A DNA stretch of 64,000 nt from Macrostomum lignano (lineage: Eukaryota): contig NIVC01000241.1 in the NCBI GenBank assembly GCA_002269645.1, positions 1 through 64,000 of the forward strand, written 5' to 3'. Both the position numbers and the translations under genes were made by a program. The notes beneath the pieces were generated by a model, which was not told the origin of the DNA, did no database searches, and saw only the letters and a list, made by a program, of their open reading frames with translations. This document shows, in pieces, positions 1-12,200 of this stretch (its first letter is position 1; each line of letters begins with the position of its first letter).

Positions 1-82
1 AGCAAAACGAACTATTATAAAAGTATTATAAAAGGCAAAATTGTTATTAAAGGCAACGCAAAAGTTAGTTCACCTCAATAGT

Positions 83-945
83 TCAGATAAACATGCAGGG
101 CTCCGGGAGGTCGCGATAGTAGGGCCAGCCGACTTGAGCGAAAAACCATCGGTACTCTTCGTCGAGGACCGTCAGCGCTGGCGGCGGGTTGGCTCTTATA
201 GCTCGCTGGAGGCGATAGGCGACGTCCTGGAGAACAGCGACAGCTTCCTGGTAACTGAATTGATCCCTCAGAAACTTCAGGTGTGTCCAAATTTGCGAGC
301 ATTGGGGGTAGCGCTGTCGGCTGTCGATCGGTGGTATGCTACTTTCAGTGCGTATTGCTCAATGTGGAAGCGTAGCTTTTCCACCTCTGCTCCGCGAGTC
401 TCCACAAGTTCTCGGACGATGCGATGAAAATCTCTCTGCGAATTCGATTGCTGCTGGCTCGGCTGTAGTGCTGATGGCTGGCTAGACTGCTGCGCTGATT
501 GCAGGCTCGGCTGCAGCGCTGACTGCTGCGCTGATTGCAGGCTCGGCTGCGACGCTGGCTGCTGAGCTGGCGGTGTCGCAGCTGTCGATTTCTTCTGCCG
601 TGGTGCCGGGGTCTTTCTCGATGATGGGGCAGCTGGCGGTGACACCAACTGCTGCGTTCGGCTTGATGTCGACGATCCTGGCGTGGCCTTGACAACATAG
701 GAGCGCACGGGCGCAGCTGCCTGTGCTGCCACCAGGGCGGCGCGCTTCTGCTCGGGGCCTTCTCACGTTTAATTGGCGGCACGGCGATGAAGCTGGCGAT
801 GATGTTTTGTTTGCTTACACCAGGCGCCTTTGGACTGTTGCACATCGAAGCGGTGCCTCATTTCGTCAACATGTTGGCTCGGCTGAGGCTCAATCTCTGA
901 CGACAGGTCACCGATTAACTCTTGCAGAATGTCGACTGAGTTCAT
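83..945 (-). CDS. ORF3 of unit 1 (unknown protein), broken by small indels
   Basis: ATG at 945 gives MNSVDILQELIGDLSSEIEPQPSQHVDEMRHRFDVQQSKGAW. Track ORFs 277..732 and 75..302 cover the remainder in pieces. Homologous to 7994..8683, with the stop at 83-85. Confidence 0.7.
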
Positions 946-1026
946 ATGGTTCTCTTCGAATGACTCTTAGAATAGAAAGGAAGCTAGCAGTGAGCTATGG
1001 GATCTGTGGGGGCTGCGGGGTGCTCG

Positions 1027-1034
1027 TATTTATA
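1027..1034 (-). promoter_or_regulatory. TATA box (TATAAATA) upstream of ORF3, unit 1
   Basis: Plus-strand TATTTATA, about 80 nt upstream of the ATG at 945. A GC box GGGCGGGGC lies at 1085-1093. Both are conserved in unit 2. Confidence 0.6.
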
Positions 1035-1350
1035 GGCTGGCGGGCCGGAAAACTGGACCTCTTCGAAGCACTTCCCTCGCGCGTGGGCGGGGCATGCCAG
1101 ATTTGACAGATTTGACAACTAAATTTTTATGGATTTTCTATTTCTTTTTATAACTTTTTTATTTTTTGATAGATTTTCTTGAGTAAAGTATCAAATTAAA
1201 GATCGCATTTTGTAGATTAATATGGTATTTACAGATTCGCTCTATGTACAGCATGTCAAATTTTATAAGCAGATAAGTAATTCTAATACGGAATTTTAAC
1301 TATTTAACACTGTTTCTTATGGGAAATTGCTTACGTCATGATTTAAGGTG

Positions 1351-4300
1351 CTAAATATTCGCATAGCGCCTTCGGGGCACAAATCCTGTCGCGCCTTCTC
1401 TTTCTCTCTCTTCGCTGAGTCATCTATTGTCTCTAAATTATACCTCCTACTGTGTGACTCGTTCCTCCTCTAACTCTATGCTCCTTCTTCTTCTTCTGAT
1501 GGCTCATCTGAGTCAGTCGCTCTCTCTGTATTCTCACTGTTCAATTCTTCATTTCCTTCGTTTTCACTCTGCGAATTCGGATCTGCGAATACTCTCCATT
1601 GAATTCTGTTTTCTTCGTCTGAGCTTTCCTCCTCTAAAATTTGAACTTCTGGAATTCTAACTTCTTTTTGTCTATGGCAAATTCTTTTCTTCGGCTTCGG
1701 CGTTCTTCTTCTTAGTTGACACTGGTGCTGGTTTTAAATTATTATTAATTTCCTCTGGTAAATCAATTTCGGATTTCGGCACTGGAGTCAGATTATTTCT
1801 ATGTACTAATAGTTTTTCTCCGCTCCTTTCGCCATTGATTTCTCTTTGCACACGGAACACTGTGTCTGATATCTTCGCAAGTACTCGATAGGCTGCTCTC
1901 TTTCTTTCGATGAAACTTTGTGGCTCTCCTCTTGGTGAAGTTGAGGATTGTTGATGAGAGCGAGACAGCCAACTGGCACATTTTTAGGCTGACGATTCTC
2001 AACTTCGTCCTCTTGCCTTTTCTCTCGCACCTTTTCGAGTTGTCTTCGCACAATTGCTTTTGTCTCCTCGATTCTCTTCGCATGATCCAGCACATAACTA
2101 GGATAGTCTCGGTATAGTCTTGGCCTTTTCACAATGCTATCTATTGGCAAATCTGCTTCTCTCCCGAATAGTAAGTAGTGTGGTGTGAACCCAGTAGTTT
2201 GATTAACACTGGTTCGCACAGCTACCAAAGCGGCGGGTATGAGCAGATCCCAATCTGAATGATCCTTTTCAATCAAACAGGTTACAATCGATTTAATTTG
2301 CTTGTTAAATCTTTCGACAAGCCCGTTACTCTGAGCATGGTAAGGCGTAGTGCAAGTATGCTTAATGCCGTATAGGGTACAGAATGCCTGAAATTGGTGA
2401 CTTACAAAAGTCTTGCCATTATCAGTGTGTATCCATTGGCACTGGCCATACTCGCTGAAAATTCTCTCTTGTATCGTTTTGATAACAGTAGCGGATTTCT
2501 GATTCCGAACCGGAAAAGCGAATGGGAACTTTGTTGTACTATCTACACAGTAAGTACATATCGGTGTCCTCTTCTGCTTTCCTTTGATATCGGACCGATC
2601 AAATCTATGTGCAGCCGATGGAATGGCTCACATATCGGAAAGGTCTGCACCGGTGCTCGTACTTTATTTCCGCTTTTACTTTCCAGACACGGGATGCATT
2701 CTGCGATGTACTTTTCAACTGCAGTCACTAACCCCGGCCTCCAGAATCGGTCTCGGACTCGCTGTAGCGTCTTGTCCCGACCTAGGTGGCCTGCTAGCGG
2801 ACTGTCGTGCAGCTCTTTGAATACATCTTTCTCAATCTTCTCTGGCAATACTACTTTTCGTTTACCGTCTTCACTGACTGTCAGCATTTCATCTTCGATT
2901 TTCATCTGCTCGTAGAACTTAACCATCTTCTTCAATCTCCGGATGCATTTTCTGGTAACTTCGGCTCACGCACTTTCTTCTGCTTCCAGTCCATCAAGGT
3001 TCTTATAGAAGGATCAGCATGCTGCGCTGAAGTCAGCTGCTCTTTCTTCAATGGAACCGAGAGGTAATCTGTCAGAAGCTTTCTGCACACTGTCTCTTCC
3101 TCTTCGAAATAGTCTCTTGCATCTTCATAGATGTCATCATCATCTTCGAACTGATCACTGGCATCTTCGTATTCATCATCTGCGAATTCGTCTTCGGAAT
3201 CTGATTCATACTCTTCTGTGAAGTCGGTCTGGCAACTCTGATCTTTCACGCTGCTAGTCACGACTTGTTTCACAGCGCTGGTTTCTATTGTCATCTTAGG
3301 AATTTCGGCCTCATTCTCTTTGATCTTAGCATCTTTCTGTTCAACTGGTGGTTCCGAGGGTCGCCGTGACAATCCATCTGCGTTGGAATGTTTGGCTCCA
3401 CTGCGGTGCTCAATATCGTATTGAAACTCACTCAGTCTTTCAATCCATCTTCCGAGAATTCCTTGGGCTTCGGTCTGGCGCAATAGCCATAGAATTGCCT
3501 TGTGGTCTGTGCGGGCCAGAAACCTTTTGCCAATTAGGTAAAATCGGAAGTGTTTCATGCCATCTACTAGCGCTAATAGCTCTTTTCTGGTAATCGGATA
3601 TCTTTTCTCAGACTCTTTCATTGCTCTGAAGTAAGCAATGGTCTTTCAACCCCGTCCGATTGTATTTGACCCAGGCAAGCACCAATTCGGTCTTCGCTTG
3701 CGTCGGTGTCTAATACCATTCGAACATTTTCGTTCTCTGAGAATTCTGGGTACGCGAGTACTTCGGTCGATGTCATTCTCTGCTTCAACTGCTGGAAAGC
3801 CTCGTCATGCTTCTTGGTCCACTTTTCCCTAAAGTTTTGAATACCTTTCTTAGTTAATTGAAATAGCGGATGCGCTGCCTCTGCGTAATTCTTTACAAAT
3901 CTGCAGTAGTAGTTACACAACCCCAAGAAGCTTCGCAGTTCTTTGACCTCTTTCGGCGTAGGCCATGACTGTATCGCTTCGATCTTAGCTGGGTCTGTTC
4001 TAATCCCTTCTCTTCCTACGATATGCCCTAAGTACTTTAGCTCTTTCTGAAACAAGTTGCACTTTTTTGGTCTTAATTTTAGTCCTGCTGAGATTAGTCT
4101 TTGAAATACTTCTTGCAGATGACCGAGATGATCTTCGAATTTCTCTGAGTATGTCACAATATCATCTATGTACGACATCGCGAATTTGTGCTGTATTCCC
4201 ATCAGCACCAAATTCATGAGTCTCTGGAATGTACCAGGAGCGTTAGACAAGCCCTGTGCCATGACCTGATATTCGAACTGGCCTCTGGTAAGGGTGGAAA

Positions 4301-5851
4301 AGGCTGTCATAAATTTGTGCTCTTCTTTGATAGGTACCTGCCAGTATCCAGAGTTTAAATCTAGACTACTGAAGTACTTGCTTCCAGATAACTGAGCGAA
4401 AGTCTCTTGTATGTTCGGCAATGGATATGGGTAATAGTTCACTCTCGAGTTCAGGACCCTGAAGTCACTGACGATTCTTATGGATCCATCCTTCTTAGGA
4501 ACTATCACTAGCGGCGTTGAATAAGTACTATAGCATGGTCGGATCAGGTTCTTAGCAAGCATGTCGTCAAGTTGCTCATCTACTTGCTTTTGCAGATGTG
4601 GTGGAATTCTGCGTGTTGGAATCCTGACCGGTGTGGTATCTTTTAGAGATATTTCATGAGTCACAAGATGGGTGAGACCCATGTCTTGGTTGGTCTGCGA
4701 AAATGCTTCCTTGTTCTTCTTTAGCAAATCGATCACTAGTCCTTTCTGTTCTGATGTTAGCTCTTCTCCTAAATCGATCTCGTTTATCCAGCTGTACTCA
4801 CTCTCTTCACTCTTCACTGTCCTAATTGCATCATCTGAACTGGCTTGACCTTTGCTGTTAATAGAGTAGGCCAGGCCTCCTGGCTTCAAGGGTTTGGCCA
4901 CTCCAATCAGCGTAGATCTTGTCAGTCTGATATCGTCATTCTGTCGATTGATTATTTCCACTACTCCTGTTCCATCGTTCATGGTCACTAGAGTAGGAAT
5001 CATCTCTAAGGAATTTCTCTTCGTAGTCACTTGGCCTCCAATGGTGTCAATGACCATTGGCGTTCCATAGTTAGCTTCTGATCCTTTAGTCATTCTAATT
5101 GGAATTCGAAGAGCGCTATTCGCTGGTATAGTCACGCTGTTATGGCTGTAATTCGGCAAACCCGTACGGGTAATTTTGTAAACTGAATTGGGATGCAGGT
5201 CCTTCTTTTAATACAAGCATTCCTCTGGAAAGGCTGATGCTGTCGCAGAAGTTCATGAAGAACTCCATCCCGAGTATGTCGTCACACTCGTGATTGCACA
5301 GCAGGAACTCTGTCTCAATCTCTATCTCTCCGAATCGTATTTTCGTTCTGACTTCTCCTTCAATTCGCACACTTGATCCGTCAAACGTAGTCACTCTTCT
5401 AGTAGTCAACTCAATTTCATCACTTCTGAACATCTTTTTCCAAGTACTCTTGCTTAGGAAATTATGTCCAGCTCCTGTGTCTAGCAAAGAAGTAGACCTT
5501 TCGGTTTCTTAGCATTCCATTGACGACTGCTTCTCGTCCTTTTCTCTCCGTATCTTCTTCGAATTCTTCTTCGAATGCTCATTCGGAATTACTGTACTTT
5601 GTACTTTATTATTCGGCCTACTGTGGCTAGGCAGACGCATGACTAGGTGCAAGCGGCATATGTACACGAGGTGCAAAATTTTTATTTGGTTTTCTGTGAA
5701 ATTTATTGAATTCGGCATGCGTTCTGCTGTTACTATACTGTCTGGCATTACTTCGATACGCATTATTTACAAATTCAGAGGCCTGAAATTCGCGATAATT
5801 GTTGCTAGAGGGACGTGGCCTCGCAAAGCGGCCCTCGCTACTCAGTTTCCC
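1351..5851 (-). CDS. pol: pol of unit 1 (PR-RT-RNase H-integrase), split by several 1-nt indels
   Basis: Track ORFs 5140..5487 (LDTG protease), 3618..5159 (YIDD RT), 2932..3621 (RNase H), 2543..2935 (HHCC), 1806..2276 (IN core) and 1672..1860 are pieces of the 1237-aa ORF of unit 2. Confidence 0.93.
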
Positions 5852-6843
5852 TGCTGCTTCTGGTAGTCATCACTCGCTGACCGTTTGGCCTAGCGCTCTG
5901 GCAATTCCTCGCCATGTGGCCAAGCTTCCCGCAATTGTAGCAGGCTCGAGGCTGCTGCTGTTGCTGTGGCTGCCTGTTGAACTGAGGCTGACCGCGCCAT
6001 ACTGGCTGCTGCTGCTGCTGCTGCTGCGGCCGATATCTCGCTGCTGCGGCGGTCCAGCGACCTGAGCGTACGTTTGATATTGATTCTGCGGATGATACTG
6101 CTGACGGCTAGCTCTCTTCTCTTCCATCAGCTCCTCAATCGCCTTCTTCTGTTGCTCTAACTCTGCTCTCTGCTTCTTGATGATGTCCTCAAGCTTTCCT
6201 GATCTGCCTTCTGCTCACTCTCGCCTTCGCCTTTGGCCATTCTCATGTTGACATTCTTGTGAGACATGTTCCACGCAGCCTCCATCCTTCTTAGCATTCT
6301 TCTAGCCTCTTGTAAATTGCCTGGCTGCGCAAAGATTAGCTTCTCACGGGTCTCTGACGGAATTCTGATTCCCTTGATGAATTGCTCAACAATTTCTTCT
6401 TCCCTTTGCTCAACCGTCATATTCGGAAATGCACGCGATGCCAGCTCGATCAAACAGTCTGCGAAAGTCTCTACAGGCTCATTTCTGCCTTGCATTCTTC
6501 CACGAAACTCCTCTCTGAATTCTGCGGAACTACCGATTCTTCCGAATCGCTCAATCAGTCGCTCTTTGAACTCTTCGTATTCAAGATCCTCGGGCAGATT
6601 TAGGCGCTGTACCGCTGCGAATGCAGTGGACAGGTCCAGATTAGCTAGCAATTCCTGCTTCCTATGTTCCTCATCTATCCCTTCTACTTCACAGCGCTGA
6701 TCGAAGGCTGTTAGCCAGATCCGAATGTCTTGCGTAGGTGTGAATTTCTGAATCTTAACGTGTCTCATCGGCCCTATCTCTAGTCGGTTTCGCAATTCTT
6801 CTGCCAGCATGGCGATGGCGTCATTAGCCTGATTCTGATTCAT
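5842..6843 (-). CDS. gag: gag of unit 1, frameshifted near its 3' end
   Basis: ORF 6157..6843 matches unit 2 Gag for about 215 aa. The remainder (CCHC region) is interrupted by indels. Confidence 0.92.
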
Positions 6844-6920
6844 CTTTCTCTACGAAAAACTTTTCAAATTAATCTTCGGAATTCTTCTGAATCTAGTTTA
6901 AGAGTTCGCGCCGTTTCTCT

Positions 6921-6937
6921 AATCCACGCTGCCACCA
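6921..6937 (-). other. Primer-binding site of unit 1 (tRNA-Leu), with 2 small deletions relative to unit 2
   Basis: Plus-strand AATCCACGCTGCCACCA versus AATCCCACCGCTGCCACCA in unit 2. Confidence 0.85.
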
Positions 6938-6939
6938 GC

Positions 6940-7707
6940 TGTGACAGGCCTTTTGGCTCTGTCTTTCTAAACTTCTAACTATTAGTGTTTATTAAATATC
7001 CTACGAGCTGCCACCAAAGTTGTTACAGGCCTTTCACCTCTTACTTTATCAATTTTAATCCCACCGATTTGCCAACTACAGTTATCCTGATTATACTTGC
7101 TTTTACTCCCTAACTATTTCTTAGAATTTCATTTAAATATTTCTGGGTAGCGTTCTTAGTAGCGTTTCTGGTAGCGTTCTTAGTAGCGTTTCTGGTAGCT
7201 TATGGCTTGCTTTCTGGTAGCGTTCTAGTAGCTTATGGCCTGAGCGGTCTAGTACTGGTATATGTATTAGTGTATAGTCCTAATCGGGCGTTCACCGAGA
7301 CTAGAGGGTCACGGCGCCTCTCTTGGTATATCTCCAAGAATTAGTCCCAATTCCCTTCTCTTAGCAAATTTCTTAGAATCGTTTCACAGGTTTTGCAAAT
7401 AAATAAGTCGCTATTTAGCTCAAAGACTTTGAAATGGTTTAGATTGAACTGCTTATTCTGTTCGCAATTATTTGCTCACGAGTAAAAGACAGTTAGAGTA
7501 TATTTGTCGCAAAACCGCTCCTATATATAGTGATTTTCCCCACATACGATTAAAACAAAAAAATAATTCTCCAATTTATTTCGCGCATTAAAACAAACTA
7601 TTATTTGGCGTTCGCGTAGATTCAGTTTCTAAGAAAGATTCGAATATACAGTTATTACATTGAAAGAACATTCGAGTATACTATGATAAAGGCATAGCAC
7701 TAGTACA
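6940..7707 (-). repeat. Central shared LTR (3' LTR of unit 2 and 5' LTR of unit 1); 768 bp, or 687 bp if the U5 end is at 7021
   Basis: TG...CA termini, preceded on the minus strand by the PPT and followed by the PBS. Near-identical to 14850-15617; I saw two substitutions. Confidence 0.93.
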
Positions 7708-7721
7708 ACTTTCCTCCTCTA
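7708..7721 (-). other. 3' polypurine tract of unit 2
   Basis: Minus-strand TAGAGGAGGAAAGT abuts the LTR start TGTACTAG. Confidence 0.9.
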
Positions 7722-7993
7722 TATATCAAATTTTGAACGAAATACTATATTATATGTATACAGTGAAAAATTGATATCGTAGGAAAATGCAGGTGAAAAG
7801 GTGCAAAGCAAGGTGCAGAAAACACAATTCAGTGCTAAAACAATTGGTGCATAAAATGGTTGTGATAGAACTATTATGTAGGTAAACCATTAAAGTGAGA
7901 ACTATTATGGAAGCAAAACGAACTATTATAAAAGTATTATAAAAGGCAAAATTGTTATTAAAGGCAACGCAAAAGTTAGTTCACCTCAATAGT

Positions 7994-8852
7994 TCAGATA
8001 AACATGCAGGGCTCCGGGAGGTCGCGATAGTAGGGCCAGCCGACTTGAGCGAAAAACCATCGGTACTCTTCGTCGAGGACCGTCAGCGCTGGCGGCGGGT
8101 TGGCTCTTATAGCTCGCTGGAGGCGATAGGCGACGTCCTGGAGAACAGCGACAGCTTCCTGGTAACTGAATTGATCCCTCAGAAACTTCAGGTGTGTCCA
8201 AATTTGCGAGCATTGGGGGTAGCGCTGTCGGCTGTCGGATCGGTGGTACGCTACTTTCAGTGCGTATTGCTCAATGTGGAAGCGTAGCTTTTCCACCTCT
8301 GCTCCGCGAGTCTCCACAAGTTCTCGGACGATGCGATGAAAATCTCTCTGCGAATTCGATTGCTGCTGGCTCGGCTGTAGTGCTGATGGCTGGCTAGACT
8401 GCTGCGCTGATTGCAGGCTCGGCTGCAGCGCTGACTGCTGCGCTGATTGCAGGCTCGGCTGCGACGCTGGCTGCTGAGCTGGCGGTGTCGCAGCTGTCGA
8501 TTTCTTCTGCCGTGGTGCCGGGGTCTTTCTCGATGATGGGGCAGCTGGCGGTGACACCAACTGCTGCGTTCGGCTTGATGTCGACGATCCTGGCGTGGCC
8601 TTGACAACATAGGAGCGCACGGGCGCAGCTGCCTGTGCTGCCACCAGGGCGGCGCGCTTCTGCTCGGGGCCTTCGACCCTCATTTGGCGGCAAGGCGATG
8701 AAGCTGGCGATGCTGGCCTTTTGCTGCTTACACCAGGCGCCTTTGGACGTGTTGCACATCGAAGCGGCGCCTCGTTTCGTCATTGGCTGGCTGGGCTCCA
8801 TATCTCTGACAGGTCACCGATTAACTCTTGCAGATGTCGACTGAGTTATCAT
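7994..8852 (-). CDS. ORF3 of unit 2: unknown protein of about 285-290 aa (229-aa open part 7994..8683), with a Q/S/P-rich middle and a helical C-terminal domain
   Basis: Same strand as gag/pol, between the pol stop and the PPT. An upstream ATG at 8852 matches the ATG at 945 in unit 1, and the 5' part is noisy. It contains a 36-bp internal duplication (QPSLQSAQQSAL). No signal peptide or transmembrane stretch is visible. Confidence 0.75.
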
Positions 8853-8932
8853 ATGGTTCTCTTCGAATGACTCTTAGAATAGAAAGGAAGCTAGCAGTGA
8901 GCTATGGGATCTGTGGGGCCTGCGGGTGCTCG

Positions 8933-8999
8933 TATTTATAGGCTGGCGGGCCGAAAAACTGGACCTCTTCGAAGCACTCCCTCGCGCGTGGGGCGGGGC
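8933..8999 (-). promoter_or_regulatory. Internal promoter candidate for ORF3: GC box (8991-8999) and TATA box (8933-8940)
   Basis: Minus-strand order is A-tract (9060-9073), GC box, TATAAATA, then ATG about 80 nt later. The same layout occurs in unit 1. Confidence 0.6.
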
Positions 9000-9256
9000 A
9001 TGCCAGATTTGACAGATTTGACAACTAAATTTTTATGGATTTTCTATTTCTTTTTATAACTTTTTTTTTTTTTGATAGATTTTCTTGAGTAAAGTATCAA
9101 ATTAAAGATCGCATTTTGTAGATTAATATGGTATTTACAGATTCGCTCTATGTACAGCATGTCAAATTTTATAAGCAGATAAGTAATTCTAATACGGAAT
9201 TTTAACTATTTAACACTGTTTCTTATGGGAAATTGCTTACGTCATGATTTAAGGTG

Positions 9257-12200
9257 CTAAATATTCGCGTAGCGCCTTCGGGGCACAAATCCTGTCGCGC
9301 CTTCTCTTTCTCTCTTGCTGAGTCAGTCTCCTAAATTATACCTCTCTGTGTTAGCACGTTCCTCCTCTAACTCTAATGCTCCTTCTTCTTCTTCTGATGG
9401 CTCATCTGAGTCAGTCGCTCTCTCTGTATTCTCACTGTTCAATTCTTCATTTCCTTCGTTTTCACTCTGCGAATTCGGATCTGCGAATACTCTCCATTGA
9501 ATTCTGTTTTCTTCGTCTGAGCTTTCCTCCTCTAAAATTTGAACTTCTGGAATTCTAACTTCTTTTTGTCTATGGCAAATTCTTTTCTTCGGCTTCGGCT
9601 GTTCTTCTTCTTAGTTGACACTGGTGCTGGTTTTAAATTATTATTAATTTCCTCTGGTAAATCAATTTCGGATTTCGGCACTGGAGTCAGATTATTTCTA
9701 TGTACTAATAGTTTTTCTCCGCTCCTTTCGCCATTGATTTCTCTTTGCACACGGAAACTGTGTCTGATATCTTCGCAAGTACTCGATAGGCTGCTCTCTT
9801 CTTTCGATGAAACTTGTGGCTCTCCTCTTGGTGAAGTTGAGGGTTGTTGATGAGAGCGAGACAGCCAACTGGCACATTTTTAGGCTGACGATTCTCAACT
9901 TCGTCCTCTTGCCTTTTCTCTCGCACCTTTTCGAGTTGTCTTCGCACAATTGCTTTTGTCTCCTCGATTCTCTTCGCATGATCCAGCACATAACTAGGAT
10001 AGTCTCGGTATAGTCTTGGCCTTTTCACAATGCTATCTATTGGCAAATCTGCTTCTCTCCCGAATAGTAAGTAGTGTGGTGTGAACCCAGTAGTTTGATT
10101 AACACTGGTTCGCACAGCTACCAAAGCGGCGGGTATGAGCAGATCCCAATCTGAATGATCCTTTTCAATCAAACAGGTTACAATCGATTTAATTTGCTTG
10201 TTAAATCTTTCGACAAGCCCGTTACTCTGAGCATGGTAAGGCGTAGTGCAAGTATGCTTAATGCCGTATAGGGTACAGAATGCCTGAAATTGGTGACTTA
10301 CAAAAGTCTTGCCATTATCAGTGTGTATCCATTGGCACTGGCCATACTCGCTGAAAATTCTCTCTTGTATCGTTTTGATAACAGTAGCGGATTTCTGATT
10401 CCGAACCGGAAAAGCGAATGGGAACTTCGTTGTACTATCTACAACAGTAAGTACATATCGGTGTCCTCTTCTGCTTTCCTTTGATATCGGACCGATCAAA
10501 TCTATGTGCAGCCGATGGAATGGCTCACATATCGGAAAGGTCTGCACCGGTGCTCGTACTTTATTTCCGCTTTTACTTTCCAGACACGGGATGCATTCTG
10601 CGATGTACTTTTCAACTGCAGTCACTAACCCCGGCCTCCAGAATCGGTCTCGGACTCGCTGTAGCGTCTTGTCCCGACCTAGGTGGCCTGCTAGCGGACT
10701 GTCGTGCAGCTCTTTGAATACATCTTTCTCAATCTTCTCTGGCAATACTACTTTTCGTTTACCGTCTTCACTGACTGTCAGCATTTCATCTTCGATTTTC
10801 ATCTGCTCGTAGAACTTAACCATCTTCTTCAATTCTCCGGATGCATTTTCTGGTAACTTCGGCTCACGCACTTTCTTCTGCTTCCAGTCCATCAAGGTTC
10901 TTATAGAAGGATCAGCATGCTGCGCTGAAGTCAGCTGCTCTTTCTTCAATGGAACCGAGAGGTAATCTGTCAGAAGCTTTCTGCACACTGTCTCTTCCTC
11001 TTCGAAATAGTCTCTTGCATCTTCATAGATGTCATCATCATCTTCGAACTGATCACTGGCATCTTCGTATTCATCATCTGCGAATTCGTCTTCGGAATCT
11101 GATTCATACTCTTCTGTGAAGTCGGTCTGGCAACTCTGATCTTTCACGCTGCTAGTCACGACTTGTTTCACAGCGCTGGTTTCTATTGTCATCTTAGGAA
11201 TTTCGGCCTCATTCTCTTTGATCTTAGCATCTTTCTGTTCAACTGGTGGTTCCGAGGGTCGCCGTGACAATCCATCTGCGTTGGAATGTTTGGCTCCACT
11301 GCGGTGCTCAATATCGTATTGAAACTCACTCAGTCTTTCAATCCATCTTCCGAGAATTCCTTGGGCTTCGGTCTGGCGCAATAGCCATAGAATTGCCTTG
11401 TGGTCTGTGCGGGCCAGAAACCTTTTGCCAATTAGGTAAAATCGGAAGTGTTTCATGCCATCTACTAGCGCTAATAGCTCTTTTCTGGTAATCGGATATC
11501 TTTTCTCAGACTCTTTCATTGCTCTGCTGAAGTAAGCAATGGGTCTTTCAACCCCGTCCGATTGTATTTGACCCAGGCAAGCACCAATTCGGTCTTCGCT
11601 TGCGTCGGTGTCTAATACCATTCGAACATTTTCGTTCTCTGAGAATTCTGGGTACGCGAGTACTTCGGTCGATGTCATTCTCTGCTTCAACTGCTGGAAA
11701 GCCTCGTCATGCTTCTTGGTCCACTTTTCCCTAAAGTTTTGAATACCTTTCTTAGTTAATTGAAATAGCGGATGCGCTGCCTCTGCGTAATTCTTTACAA
11801 ATCTGCAGTAGTAGTTACACAACCCCAAGAAGCTTCGCAGTTCTTTGACCTCTTTCGGCGTAGGCCATGACTGTATCGCTTCGATCTTAGCTGGGTCTGT
11901 TCTAATCCCTTCTCTTCCTACGATATGCCCTAAGTACTTTAGCTCTTTCTGAAACAAGTTGCACTTTTTTGGTCTTAATTTTAGTCCTGCTGAGATTAGT
12001 CTTTGAAATACTTCTTGCAGATGACCGAGATGATCTTCGAATTTCTCTGAGTATGTCACAATATCATCTATGTACGACATCGCGAATTTGTGCTGTATTC
12101 CCATCAGCACCAAATTCATGAGTCTCTGGAATGTACCAGGAGCGTTAGACAAGCCCTGTGCCATGACCTGATATTCGAACTGGCCTCTGGTAAGGGTGGA

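Noticed and set aside
41-427. Plus-strand ORF antisense to ORF3 (also 7952..8287)
   Set aside because: It starts at TTG, has no recognisable motif, and its length differs between units. It is a shadow of the GC-rich ORF3.
6266-6700. Plus-strand ORFs opposite gag and pol (also 14172..14606, 2394..2915 and others)
   Set aside because: These are antisense shadows of real coding sequence.
7994-8852. ORF3 as an env gene
   Set aside because: No signal peptide, TM helix, Cys framework or obvious furin site/fusion peptide.
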